Positions 18,595-28,469 of a stretch of DNA of 64,000 nucleotides are shown piece by piece. Numbering within the stretch: position 1 is the first letter of the stretch; each line of letters starts with the position of its first letter. The notes below the pieces were generated by a model. It did no database searches. It saw only the letters and a list, made by a program, of their open reading frames with translations, and was not told the DNA's origin. The position numbers and the translations under genes were made by a program. The stretch is taken from contig CAZSFZ010000008.1 of NCBI GenBank assembly GCA_964606385.1, positions 3,961 through 67,960 on the forward strand, in the 5' to 3' direction. The stretch comes from an uncultured bacterium (lineage in GTDB: Bacteria; Omnitrophota; Omnitrophia; Omnitrophales; Aquincolibacteriaceae).

Positions 18595-20076
18595 TTAACG
18601 GATGAGCGGCAGCTCTACAAACACACAGGTCCCACGCCCCGCTTGGCTTTCGAACCGAAGCACTCCTTCATGGGCATCACAAATAGCTCTAACAATACTC
18701 AACCCCAGGCCTGCGCCTTCTTTGGCGCGAGCTTGGTCAGCCCTGTAAAAACGCTTCCCGAGGTTTCCGAGCGTTTCCGGATCGATCCCGACACCCGTGT
18801 CCTCAACCCGGACGATCACTTTCGCGGGAGTAGAGATCCCGACGCTGACAGTCACCTTCCCTTTCGGCTCGGTAAACTTGATAGCGTTATCGAGGAGATT
18901 CGTGAAAAGCCTCTTCAGGTAAACTTCGTCGCCGAAAACCTGCGCTTCCGCGACTTCTCCGAAAGCAAGGGCGACTTCTGTTTGTTTCGCTCTTTCCCGG
19001 TACAGGCGGACGACCTGCTCGAGAATGGGCGCCAGCGCGAGATTTTTTTTCTGGAGGTTCAGCTGCTTCGAATCATTACGGACCAGGAACATCAGATCAT
19101 CCACGAGCCGAACCAATCCGTCCACTTCTTCGCTGATCACGCCAATCGTCTTTTGAAGATCTTCCTGCGACCGGGCGCGACGAAGCGCAAGATCGATCTC
19201 CCCCCGGATGATCGCGAGCGGGGTTTTGAATTCATGAGAAACGTTCGAGCTGAATTCCTGGACCGCCCGCGTGGAGGCCTCAAGACGATCCATCATCTCG
19301 TTCAGGGTCTCGGCTAAACGGTCCAATTCATCCTGCGTGAATGTCCGCGGCAAACGGCTCTTAAGGTATGCGGCGGTGATCTTGCGGGCTTGCTGGATCA
19401 TGCGGTCCACCGGGCTCACAAAACGTTTGGCCAAGATCCATCCGGCAAAACAGGCAAGCGCCACCCCCACCGGGATCATCACCGCAATGATGATCCGCAG
19501 CTGGCCCAAGGTTTGTTCAATCTCATAAAGAGGCTTGGCGATCTGAATGATAAAGAAGGGACGTCCCCGGAAACGGACCAGGTGATAATAAAGCCGGATC
19601 GGATTTTTCTGAAAATGGATCGTCTGAAAAGAATCGCCTTTTTCCATTAAGACCGAGTCGCGCTCATAATCCGGGAACAGAATATCCCGTTCCCACCCCC
19701 CGAGATTCGAGCCGATCAAGGACCGGTCCAAACCGACGACCCGCACGAGGAAAAGACTGCGGGTCACCCGACGCTGTTTTTTTTCCCAATCGCGGACCGC
19801 TTTGGTTACTTCCGACTGGAACTCCGCGGGGAACGCCAGGGTGCCTTTTTCGATCTTGGGCGGATTGATGAAATCCGGATCCCGGCGCTCCTGAAAGGAA
19901 ACTAGGATCCCCTGCTCGATCGTCTGTGCTTCGGCATGCATGCTTCGTTCGACATCCCGGTAGAGCGCTCTTGAAAATTCCGCGTACATCAGAACGGAAA
20001 ATCCCGCCAGAAAAGCGGTCATCACAAGGGCGTAGCCCAGCGTCAAACGGGATTTAAAAGAACGGAAAAGGATCAT
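18595..20076 (-). CDS. two-component sensor histidine kinase (HAMP-HisKA-HATPase), CusS/CzcS-like
   Basis: H-box VSHEFKTPL plus N/G-box ATPase motifs and two TM helices. The start is placed at the internal Met (MILFRS...), which forms an ATGA overlap with the response-regulator stop. The longer ORF reaches 20211. Confidence 0.85.
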   Translation of the reverse strand: MILFRSFKSRLTLGYALVMTAFLAGFSVLMYAEFSRALYRDVERSMHAEAQTIEQGILVSFQERRDPDFINPPKIEKGTLAFPAEFQSEVTKAVRDWEKKQRRVTRSLFLVRVVGLDRSLIGSNLGGWERDILFPDYERDSVLMEKGDSFQTIHFQKNPIRLYYHLVRFRGRPFFIIQIAKPLYEIEQTLGQLRIIIAVMIPVGVALACFAGWILAKRFVSPVDRMIQQARKITAAYLKSRLPRTFTQDELDRLAETLNEMMDRLEASTRAVQEFSSNVSHEFKTPLAIIRGEIDLALRRARSQEDLQKTIGVISEEVDGLVRLVDDLMFLVRNDSKQLNLQKKNLALAPILEQVVRLYRERAKQTEVALAFGEVAEAQVFGDEVYLKRLFTNLLDNAIKFTEPKGKVTVSVGISTPAKVIVRVEDTGVGIDPETLGNLGKRFYRADQARAKEGAGLGLSIVRAICDAHEGVLRFESQAGRGTCVFVELPLIR

Positions 20077-20747
20077 GGACAAGCCAAGCGGTAGCCCGTG
20101 CCGCGGATGGTCTCGATCTTGGTTTTGGAAGGCGTTTCCGCGATCTTTTTCCGAAGGAAATTGATGTACACATCGATCGTATTGCTCATGGGATCGAAAT
20201 GGAGGTCCCACACATGCTCGGCGATCGCCGTGCGCGAGACCACCTCACCGGCATGCCGCATGAGGAATTCCAGCAGGGCGAATTCTTTCTGCGACAGGAC
20301 GATCTCCTGCTCATCCGCCCACGCCTGACGTTTAATAAGGTCTAATTTCAAATTCGCGCACTGCAGCACGGTTTTGTCCGTAATATGCGGCGGACGGCGA
20401 AGCAGCGCCCGGATGCGCGCCAAGAGCTCCTCAAAGCTGAACGGTTTTGTCAGGTAGTCGTCCGCTCCCTGGTCGAGCCCTTTGATCTTGTCTTCTACCG
20501 AATCCTTTGCCGTAAGGATCAGCACGGGAGTGATCTTGCCTTCCTTGCGGAACTTATGGCAAAGCTCGATCCCGCTCATTTTGGGAAGCATCCAATCCAG
20601 GATCAGGAGATCGTATTCATTGGTCATGGCGTACTCCCAACCTTTTTCGCCGTCGTAAGCGATATCCACGGCATAATGTTCTTCCTTGAGCCCGCGTTCA
20701 AGAAAACTCGCCATTTTCTTCTCATCTTCCACGATCAGGATCTTCAT
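20073..20747 (-). CDS. OmpR-family DNA-binding response regulator
   Basis: 224-aa REC plus winged-helix protein (MKILIVEDE...GTGYRL). Confidence 0.9.
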   Translation of the reverse strand: MKILIVEDEKKMASFLERGLKEEHYAVDIAYDGEKGWEYAMTNEYDLLILDWMLPKMSGIELCHKFRKEGKITPVLILTAKDSVEDKIKGLDQGADDYLTKPFSFEELLARIRALLRRPPHITDKTVLQCANLKLDLIKRQAWADEQEIVLSQKEFALLEFLMRHAGEVVSRTAIAEHVWDLHFDPMSNTIDVYINFLRKKIAETPSKTKIETIRGTGYRLACP

Positions 20748-20759
20748 AGATATCTCCTC

Positions 20760-21647
20760 TTATTCCCCTTCCGGATCAAAATGGACGGTCACGTCCGCGC
20801 TTGGATGGTGCGTCTTGATTTTATCGATCAAAGATTCGGTCATGTCATGTGCCTTCTTGAAATTATCCTCACCGCGGATCTCGATATGAAAATCCAGAAA
20901 AAGCTGATTACCGACGATCCGGCTCCGGAGATTATGCACCCCAACGATCGAGGCATGGTGCCGCAGGATAAGCATTTTCAGCGTGTGAAGTTCCGTATTT
21001 GAAAGCCCGCGGTCCAAAAGCTCGGAAACGGCCCTTGTCAGAATATGCCAGGCTTCCTTAAAAATATAACCGGCCACAAAAAGCGATACGACCAAGTCCC
21101 ATGCCACCGCCCCGGTCCAACCCACTAACAAAAGAGCTGCCACGACCCCCACATAACAGACAAAATCCATCGAGTAGTGGACTTTTTCGGTTCCCAGGAT
21201 CAGCGACCGGTTCTTCTGGGACAGAACCCGGAGGCGCCAGGAAATAAGAAGCGTCACAACCCCGGAAAAAGCGATCACCGCGATCCCCAACGGAATCTCG
21301 GAAACAAAACTCCCCTGCACAAGACGGCGGATCGACTCAAAGATAACGAATGACCCGCTCGCCATAATAAAAAGACTTTGAAAAAGCCCGGCAAGGCTTT
21401 CGATCTTCCCGTGGCCATACGCGTGTTCTTCATCGGGAGGTTTGGAGGCTTCGCGAAAAGCGAAAAAATTAAGCGCGGACATCATCATATCCAGCATCGA
21501 ATCCAGGGCCGATGCCATGATCGCCATGGAATGCGTCACAAGACCCGCTGAAAATTTCACGATGGTCAGGAGCAGGGCCGCGCCGACGGACAGCAGGATC
21601 GCTTGGCGCGCCTGTTGAACGTATCGCTCCATCCCCTCCTGGGTCAT
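20760..21647 (-). CDS. cation diffusion facilitator family metal efflux transporter (CzcD/FieF-like)
   Basis: 295-aa ORF with six TM helices plus a C-terminal cytoplasmic domain. Has the CDF signature HAYGHGKIE. Confidence 0.85.
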   Translation of the reverse strand: MTQEGMERYVQQARQAILLSVGAALLLTIVKFSAGLVTHSMAIMASALDSMLDMMMSALNFFAFREASKPPDEEHAYGHGKIESLAGLFQSLFIMASGSFVIFESIRRLVQGSFVSEIPLGIAVIAFSGVVTLLISWRLRVLSQKNRSLILGTEKVHYSMDFVCYVGVVAALLLVGWTGAVAWDLVVSLFVAGYIFKEAWHILTRAVSELLDRGLSNTELHTLKMLILRHHASIVGVHNLRSRIVGNQLFLDFHIEIRGEDNFKKAHDMTESLIDKIKTHHPSADVTVHFDPEGE

Positions 21648-21656
21648 CGGGATCCC

Positions 21657-22028
21657 TCAGCCGGTTTGACTGTCCGTAAGCAGTTTTTCGACCATGGCCA
21701 AGAGCTGGCCTGTCTCAAACGGCTTCGCCAAAAATGCGTCCGCCTTGCTTTGGCGCCAGGCGACCTGCTCTTCCGGATAGGCGCTGATCAAAAGCACCGG
21801 GGTCTTTGAATTCTTCGCGGAGCCCTTCGTGTATTCACACACCTGATAACCCGTATGGCCGGGCATGCGCACGTCGAAGATCAGCAAGTGATAGGCTTTT
21901 TGTTTGGATTTTTCGATCGCCACCTTGCCGTCCGGCGCGTATTCCACTTCATGGCCGTGCCGGCGAAGGCGTTCGGAAAGGATCAGGAGAACATCCGGTT
22001 CATCATCCGCGATCAGAATTTTCGCCAT
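21657..22028 (-). CDS. single-domain response regulator (CheY-like receiver)
   Basis: 123-aa protein with a REC domain only (ILIADDEPD...DVRMPG...KPF). Confidence 0.8.
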   Translation of the reverse strand: MAKILIADDEPDVLLILSERLRRHGHEVEYAPDGKVAIEKSKQKAYHLLIFDVRMPGHTGYQVCEYTKGSAKNSKTPVLLISAYPEEQVAWRQSKADAFLAKPFETGQLLAMVEKLLTDSQTG

Positions 22029-22032
22029 AACC

Positions 22033-23805
22033 TTAAAGCTTCCGTTTAAATTGTTTTTCGAGATCTGACAATGAATATTTCACGATACTGGGCCGGCCGT
22101 GCGGACAATTGAACGGATTTTTGCACAGCGCCAACTGCCCCAACAAAGCCTCCATCGCCGGGAGCGTCAACGGATCCGCCGCTTTCACGGACCTGCGTTT
22201 GCAGGCGATCATGGCCGCGACATCCTCTTGGGCCCCCTTAAGTCCGGTTTGCGTCTTCCCCGCCTCTTCTTCATCGACAAATTGCTTGATAATCGTTACT
22301 GGATTTTCATCTTTTAAAATGAAGGGCAACCCGCGCACCACAAAGGCCCGTTCCCCGAAAAGTTCTATATCAAAGCCCAGTTTGACTAAAAACCCGATCT
22401 TTTTTTTCAGGATCTCCACCTGCCGCGGATGCAATTCGATGACTTCTTCCATCAAAAGCCCCTGGGTCGCGGGCCGCTCCGATTCGAAATTTTTCATGAG
22501 CACCTCGAACATGACGCGCTCATGCGCCGCGTGCTGGTCCACGATCACGTAGCCTTCCTCGGTTTCCGCGAGAAAATAGGTCCGGTGGATCTGCCCCAAC
22601 ACACGCGTGATCTTGAGCCCCTTGCCGATCTCAAGCGGAGCCGAGGCGTCCACTTTTCTCATCATAACGTCCGCGACAACGGCCTCCGCGACCTTCAAAG
22701 GCGCGTCATGGGACGCCATGCGCTCCTCAAAACCAAAACTCGGTTCCTGGAACCTCGTCTTCATAAAAGATCCGGAAGGGATTTCCGATTTTTCACGAAA
22801 AGACGGCGTCAGGTCGCCGTTCTGTTTAAGCGCTCCGGCCACGGCCCTTTCGATCATTGTCTTGATGACCGCTTCGTGCGAGAGACGGACCTGTTGCTTG
22901 GTGGGATGAACATTCACATCGACGTATTGCGGGTTCAAATCCAGAAAAAGGATCGCCGCAGGAAATTGATGCTGCATCAAAAGCCCGTGATACCCTGCCT
23001 GGAGACCGTAACTCAGGCCGTAGGCCTTGACCCAGCGGCGGTTGATGAAGAGAAATTGTTGGGCACGGTTCCCGGAAGCCATGGACGGTTTCCCGATCAA
23101 TCCCGAAAGTTTCGCGTGCGGGATCTCGCCTTGCACCGGGATCGTCTGCTTGGCCCAATCATCGCCCAAGACAGCGGCCGCCCGAACCGAGAGGTCCCGG
23201 GTCGGCACGAGATCTAGCACCTTCTTCCCATCCGAAGCGAGAACGAATCGGACATGAAGATTCGCCAGGGCAAGGCAAGTCACCGTGTCGAGAATATGCC
23301 CGAATTCGGTCGTATCCTGTTTCAGGAATTTCCGGCGCGCGGGTGTGTTAAAAAAAAGATCCCGGATCTCAACAACCGTACCCGCGGCGGCCGGGCACTC
23401 TTTCGCCTTGGCCAGCTTTCCGCCTTCCACCACAAGCTCGGTTCCCGTGGAAGCGTCCGCGGCCCGGGTCTGAAGCGTGAAGCGCGATACCGCGGCAATG
23501 CTCGGAAGCGCCTCACCGCGAAAACCAAAACTCGAAACGTTGTCCAGATCTTCGGCTTTTTCGATCTTGCTCGTCGCATGCCTCTGGATCGCGAGCTGGG
23601 CATCCTCGGCGGACATGCCGGAGCCGTTATCCGCCACGCGGATCAGGCTTTTGCCGCCATGCCGGATCTCGATCTCGATCCGGTCCGCGCCGGCATCCAG
23701 CGAATTCTCGACGAGTTCCTTCACGATGGACGCCGGCCGTTCCACGACCTCCCCGGCCGCGATCTTATTCGCCACAAGCTCGGATAAAATGCGTATTTTT
23801 CCCAT
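22033..23805 (-). CDS. mutL: DNA mismatch repair endonuclease MutL
   Basis: GHKL ATPase N-terminus (ELVENSLDAGA). The C-terminal domain carries the endonuclease motif DQHAAHERVMFE. Start chosen at MGKIRIL (GGGGA SD), 2 nt after the mutS stop. The longer ORF reaches 23841. Confidence 0.9.
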   Translation of the reverse strand: MGKIRILSELVANKIAAGEVVERPASIVKELVENSLDAGADRIEIEIRHGGKSLIRVADNGSGMSAEDAQLAIQRHATSKIEKAEDLDNVSSFGFRGEALPSIAAVSRFTLQTRAADASTGTELVVEGGKLAKAKECPAAAGTVVEIRDLFFNTPARRKFLKQDTTEFGHILDTVTCLALANLHVRFVLASDGKKVLDLVPTRDLSVRAAAVLGDDWAKQTIPVQGEIPHAKLSGLIGKPSMASGNRAQQFLFINRRWVKAYGLSYGLQAGYHGLLMQHQFPAAILFLDLNPQYVDVNVHPTKQQVRLSHEAVIKTMIERAVAGALKQNGDLTPSFREKSEIPSGSFMKTRFQEPSFGFEERMASHDAPLKVAEAVVADVMMRKVDASAPLEIGKGLKITRVLGQIHRTYFLAETEEGYVIVDQHAAHERVMFEVLMKNFESERPATQGLLMEEVIELHPRQVEILKKKIGFLVKLGFDIELFGERAFVVRGLPFILKDENPVTIIKQFVDEEEAGKTQTGLKGAQEDVAAMIACKRRSVKAADPLTLPAMEALLGQLALCKNPFNCPHGRPSIVKYSLSDLEKQFKRKL

Positions 23806-23807
23806 CG

Positions 23808-26474
23808 CTATTTTTTCCCCTGATCGAGCTTGACCTTCCAAGCCGATATCTTTTGCAGCGCTTCCATCGGCGTCAGCCGGTCCGTATCCAGTTTCTTGAG
23901 CTCTTCCTCAACCTCGCTCGGCTCCTTCGCCGCGACATCAAAAAGCGTGGGACCGGCCTCCGCGATCTTTTTTGCGCCGCGCGTTTTCTTGGACTCAATG
24001 ATCTGCGTGGCTTCGGTGTTCTCGCTTTCAAGGATCGCCAGGATCTCCTTCGCGCGCTGGGTCACATTCGCCGGAATACCGGCAAGCTCCGCCACATGGA
24101 TCCCGTAACTCCGTTCCGACGCTCCCCGGGCCACTTTGCGAAGAAACACGATCCCGTCCTTGGTTTCTTTCACCGTCATTTTATAATTTTTAATACCGGA
24201 AAAATGCTCCTCCAGCTGCGTTAATTCATGATAATGCGTTGCGAAAAGCGTTCGCGGCCGCGTTTTTCCCTGAGCGAGATATTCGCAAACCGCCCAGGCG
24301 ATGCTCACGCCGTCAAAAGTCGATGTCCCGCGCCCCACTTCATCCAGGATCAAAAGACTGCGCTCCGTCGCTTCCTGCAGGATATGGGCCGTCTCCAGCA
24401 TCTCGACCATGAACGTGCTTTCTCCCCGGGCGAGATCATCGGAAGCGCCGATACGCGTAAAGATCCTGTCGACAAGCCCCACATGCGCCGCTTTCGCGGG
24501 CACAAAAGACCCCATCTGCGCGAGAAGGACGATATGCGCCATCTGACGGATATAAGTCGATTTCCCGGCCATGTTCGGCCCGGTCAACACCACCAACTGC
24601 GTTTTGTCGTCATCCAGGATCCCGTCATTTTCCACAAATTTTCCTGCCGGAAGCATGCTCTCCACGACTGGATGACGCCCTCCCTGGATCCGGAGCGTCC
24701 TGTCGTCGGTCACTTCCGGCCTCACCCATTTCTTCTCAAGCGCGACACGCGCAAGGGACATCAGGGCATCCAGAACGCCGACGGCTTTTGCCATATTCTG
24801 AAGCGCCAGAAGATCCTCCAGCACCTTCTCACGGATCTCGAGAAAGATCTGGTATTCCAGCATCTTGATCTTGTCTTGCGCTCCCGAGATCTTCTCATCC
24901 CACGCCTTGAGTTCCGGGACAATGAAACGTTCGGCGTTCGCGAGCGTCTGCCGGCGGATGTAATTTTCGGGGACCTGACTGAGGTAGGAGCGGCTGACCT
25001 CCAGGGTGTAGCCGAACACGCCCGAGTATTTGACCTTGAGCGATTTGATCCCCGTGCGTTCGATCTCACGCTGTTGGAACTCAAGGATCCATTGCTTCCC
25101 TTTCTGGGAAATATTCCGCAGGTCATCCAATTCCTCGGAATAGCCGTTCCGGATAAGCCCGCCGTCTTTAACGCCGATCGGCGGTTCCTCCACGATCGAA
25201 CGGGCAATGAGTTCGCTCAATTTTGGAAAAGGCTGGACCTGTTTCTGCAGGTCGCGGATCAGATCGGCGTCAAAAGCTCCGAGAATATTACGGATCTCCG
25301 GAACGCGGTCGAGGAACACCTTGAGGTTCACAAGGTCCCGCGCGTTCGCCACGCCGTAATTAAGCCGGCTCAGGGTCCGTTCCATGTCTTTTACGCCTTT
25401 CAGGATACGTCCCATATTCTCCGTGTGATGAAGCTCCTGGATAAGCTCATGGACCGATTCCTGGCGTTTCTGAATTTCGGCAATATCAAGAAGCGGATGC
25501 GTAAGCCAGTGATACAGATGCCGTGCCCCCATCGCCGTGAGCGTCCGGTCCACGACCGAGAGCAGTGTCCCGCAGTCCTTGCGCCCGCTCTGGGACGTCA
25601 CAAGTTCGAGGCTCCGCTGGGCCTGCCGGTCGATCACCATGAACTGCGCGGCATTGAAAAGCCGCGGCTTTTGCACATGATCAAGCGCGCTATGAAAATG
25701 ATCTTTCAGGTAATACAAAATCGCCCCGCAAGCCCCAACCGCCAGAGGATGGTCATGAAAGGAAATGGTCTGCGCGGAACCCAGCTTGAAGATCTCGAGC
25801 AGCAGCCGCATCGAATCCTCCGGCTCGAAGATCCAGTCCTCGTAAACCGTCAGGGCCGCCTTGAGATTTTCTTTGATAAAAGCGGTGAGGTCCTCGCGGG
25901 CCCCCATCGTCTTTGTGATCACCACTTCGCGCGGCCAAAGAAGCGTCAGTTCGTCAAGAAGACGGTCTTTCGCGATCTCGCGGACATAGAACTCCCCGGT
26001 ACTTAATTCCAGATAAGCCAGCACGGACGAATCTTTCCCCTCCAGGACCGCGGCCATATATTGCAGGTTCTTTTCGGGGGTTTCATCATCCAGATATGTG
26101 GCCGGCGTGATGATGCGTGTCACCTTCCGCTCCACAAGGCCCTTGGCCTGGGAGGGATCCCCCATCTGTTCGCAAATGGCGACCTTGAGGTTATGGTCCA
26201 GCAGGGTCCGCACATAGCCCTGAAAGGCGTGGAAAGGAAATCCGCACATCGGCACGCGGCCTGCTTCCCCGCCTTCGCGGCCCGTCAGGGTGATGTTCAG
26301 GATATCCGACGAACGGACCGCGTCCTCAAAGAACATCTCGTAAAAGTCTCCGAGACGGAAAAAAAGGATGGTATCCGTGGGCAGGGTCTTCTTGATAGAG
26401 CGGTACTGCTCCATCATGGGAGTCAGTTTTACCTGAGAATCAAGATTGACTGGATTGGTCTGGGTCAAGAGCAA
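23808..26474 (-). CDS. mutS: DNA mismatch repair protein MutS
   Basis: 888-aa ORF with the mismatch-binding motif GDFYEMFFEDA and a Walker A (TGPNMAGKST). Confidence 0.93.
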   Translation of the reverse strand: MLLTQTNPVNLDSQVKLTPMMEQYRSIKKTLPTDTILFFRLGDFYEMFFEDAVRSSDILNITLTGREGGEAGRVPMCGFPFHAFQGYVRTLLDHNLKVAICEQMGDPSQAKGLVERKVTRIITPATYLDDETPEKNLQYMAAVLEGKDSSVLAYLELSTGEFYVREIAKDRLLDELTLLWPREVVITKTMGAREDLTAFIKENLKAALTVYEDWIFEPEDSMRLLLEIFKLGSAQTISFHDHPLAVGACGAILYYLKDHFHSALDHVQKPRLFNAAQFMVIDRQAQRSLELVTSQSGRKDCGTLLSVVDRTLTAMGARHLYHWLTHPLLDIAEIQKRQESVHELIQELHHTENMGRILKGVKDMERTLSRLNYGVANARDLVNLKVFLDRVPEIRNILGAFDADLIRDLQKQVQPFPKLSELIARSIVEEPPIGVKDGGLIRNGYSEELDDLRNISQKGKQWILEFQQREIERTGIKSLKVKYSGVFGYTLEVSRSYLSQVPENYIRRQTLANAERFIVPELKAWDEKISGAQDKIKMLEYQIFLEIREKVLEDLLALQNMAKAVGVLDALMSLARVALEKKWVRPEVTDDRTLRIQGGRHPVVESMLPAGKFVENDGILDDDKTQLVVLTGPNMAGKSTYIRQMAHIVLLAQMGSFVPAKAAHVGLVDRIFTRIGASDDLARGESTFMVEMLETAHILQEATERSLLILDEVGRGTSTFDGVSIAWAVCEYLAQGKTRPRTLFATHYHELTQLEEHFSGIKNYKMTVKETKDGIVFLRKVARGASERSYGIHVAELAGIPANVTQRAKEILAILESENTEATQIIESKKTRGAKKIAEAGPTLFDVAAKEPSEVEEELKKLDTDRLTPMEALQKISAWKVKLDQGKK

Positions 26475-26546
26475 CTCCTGAGCGAAATTGAGGCCTTAGT
26501 ATACCCAATTCCCCCTGAGACCTGAAGCGGTTTTCAGCTGAGGGAT

Positions 26547-27041
26547 TTAATCCATCCACCGGCCGTTGATCTTGATACGCATGCGGCGGGCGCCCCACTG
26601 GAGGGCCGTCTGGTGCCCCCCTTGAGCATTGGGGATAAAAATATCGATATGGCGTCCGCGGATCTTCCCTCCCCGGTCTTCGACCGTAAAATCCCGCCGG
26701 TTCCCGAGAAGATTGCGCACGGCAAGCCAATCCCATAATGTAAATGGAACCAGTTCCACGGTGGATTTAAAAGGGATCGATTTGTCCGCGGCCACACCTC
26801 CCCAGTAAAGGGGCCGCATACTGGCAAATTTCCCGTCCCGGAATTCCGGGATATTGATGCAGATCGGACAGTCACAATAGGCGGTGATCAGATAACTATG
26901 CCGCAGCCAAAGCACGTCATAGACTTTCCAGACACACGCGGCAAGAACGAGAAGAAAAATGCATCTCCTCAGGATAGAAAAGAAAGGATTTTTTGGCTTC
27001 TCCGGACCTTCGGGGATCAAAAAGATCTTTTCCTCGGTCAT
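26547..27041 (-). CDS. 3D-domain cell-wall hydrolase-like protein (MltA/YuiC family), membrane anchored
   Basis: TAYCDCPIC motif typical of 3D domains, plus a DRGGKIRGRHIDIF acidic motif and an N-terminal TM helix. Confidence 0.7.
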   Translation of the reverse strand: MTEEKIFLIPEGPEKPKNPFFSILRRCIFLLVLAACVWKVYDVLWLRHSYLITAYCDCPICINIPEFRDGKFASMRPLYWGGVAADKSIPFKSTVELVPFTLWDWLAVRNLLGNRRDFTVEDRGGKIRGRHIDIFIPNAQGGHQTALQWGARRMRIKINGRWMD

Positions 27042-28300
27042 GAGGCTTCTCCCGCCCTTGCGGCTGAGTCAGCAGACCTTACCGGAAGATAAGGGATCAG
27101 GATCAGCGCCAACAACGAAAAAGCCGCCGAAACGAGGATCAGCGGCTCAAGCCCGATCCGGGAGAACAGAAAACCCCCGAGAGCGCTTGAGCCCATCTGC
27201 CCAAGATTATAGAAAGACATCAAGAGCGCAAAAACCGTTCCTCCGGCAAATTGCGGCGATGTCTGGGCTGCGAGGTTAAGCAGCGTCAGAAAGATCACGG
27301 CCCCCGCCATCCCGAGAAGAAAATTCATCGAAAGCGCGAGTGTCTTCAGCCACACCCCATGAACCATGAGCCAGGGAACAAAATAGACAAAATAAGACAA
27401 GGTCGAGAACACTCCGATCAGCACTGCATAGAGGAGGAATTTCCGGACCGGAAAGCGGGCAAACGCAAGGCCATAAAGCACACTGCCCAAAAGGGCTCCC
27501 GCACTCGCTACGGCCTGCAGAATTCCGAGGAATGACGGGCTGAACCCAAGCCGATCGACAGTATAATAAAAAAAAGGCGCCCCGAACGACGGGGAAAAAT
27601 TCCATAAAAAAAGAAATGCCGCAAGCACCCAGATGCCGCTATGCCGGAAGACCTCCCTGAGATCCGTCTGGGCCGCCTTTTCAGAATGTGGCCGGGAAGG
27701 CTCCCGGACCATCCCAAGAATGATCCCGGCCGTCACCAGGGGAAACAGCGCCGTTAACGCAAAAATACTCCTGTAAGTCATCACCCCTCGCTGCGCGAAT
27801 TCGGCCACATATCCTCCGCACAAAGAGGTGATGATCATAGCTACGTAAACGGCGGTCCACTGAATGGACTGAAATTGCCCCGTCATATTGAGCGGCTGAC
27901 CGGTCTCGACCATGAGGCCATCCGAGACCACATCCTGGAATGCGTAGGCCATATAAATAAACGTCATCAGTATCAGCAAAGGAACCGCGAGTGACAGATC
28001 CGGCAAAAAAACCAGCATGATCCAGCCTGCGGCTGCGCAAAGAGACGTCAGAATAAGATAGGATTTCCTCCGGGAGCCGAAAAGCGGGAAGAGATCGGAG
28101 ATCATCCCCCAGAGAGGTTTGATCACCCAGGCAAGAAAGGTCGCCGCCTGAAAATAAGCCATTTGCTGGGGTGTCAGCCGAGCCTGATCCTTCAGCAGAA
28201 AATTGACCGCCAGGGCCGGCAGGGCCCCGAGACCGTTCATGGAAAAAAAATAGATCGAAGCGAATACGACGGCCAGCGGAAGCCACTCTGACTTTTTCAT
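27038..28300 (-). CDS. MFS transporter, folate-biopterin (BT1)-like family
   Basis: 12-TM ORF with a KPLWGMISD...FGSRRKSYLIL motif. Start placed at the ATG with a GGAG SD. The longer ORF to 28312 begins at TTG. Confidence 0.75.
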   Translation of the reverse strand: MKKSEWLPLAVVFASIYFFSMNGLGALPALAVNFLLKDQARLTPQQMAYFQAATFLAWVIKPLWGMISDLFPLFGSRRKSYLILTSLCAAAGWIMLVFLPDLSLAVPLLILMTFIYMAYAFQDVVSDGLMVETGQPLNMTGQFQSIQWTAVYVAMIITSLCGGYVAEFAQRGVMTYRSIFALTALFPLVTAGIILGMVREPSRPHSEKAAQTDLREVFRHSGIWVLAAFLFLWNFSPSFGAPFFYYTVDRLGFSPSFLGILQAVASAGALLGSVLYGLAFARFPVRKFLLYAVLIGVFSTLSYFVYFVPWLMVHGVWLKTLALSMNFLLGMAGAVIFLTLLNLAAQTSPQFAGGTVFALLMSFYNLGQMGSSALGGFLFSRIGLEPLILVSAAFSLLALILIPYLPVRSADSAARAGEAS

Positions 28301-28323
28301 GCTTGGCTCCAATACCTATCAAC

Positions 28324-28338
28324 TTCAACTAAGTTGAA
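28324..28338. promoter_or_regulatory. palindromic putative operator TTCAACT-A-AGTTGAA in divergent MFS/HAD promoter region
   Basis: Near-perfect inverted repeat read directly in the sequence. It extends to about 23 bp with one mismatch, and lies 24 nt upstream of the MFS start. Confidence 0.4.
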
Positions 28339-28469
28339 ATTGGGGCCGTCCATGTCGCCCTTTTTGAGATTCGATGATGACATGGGCGGTAATATAGCAT
28401 ACCTTTTTTGACACCCTATGATAAAATTCCGTCACTCATGAATAGTAAAAACGGAAGGCTTAGACGAGC

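Noticed and set aside
24228-26006. 592-aa plus-strand ORF
   Set aside because: Antisense to mutS. It has an Arg/Pro/His-rich composition typical of spurious high-GC ORFs.
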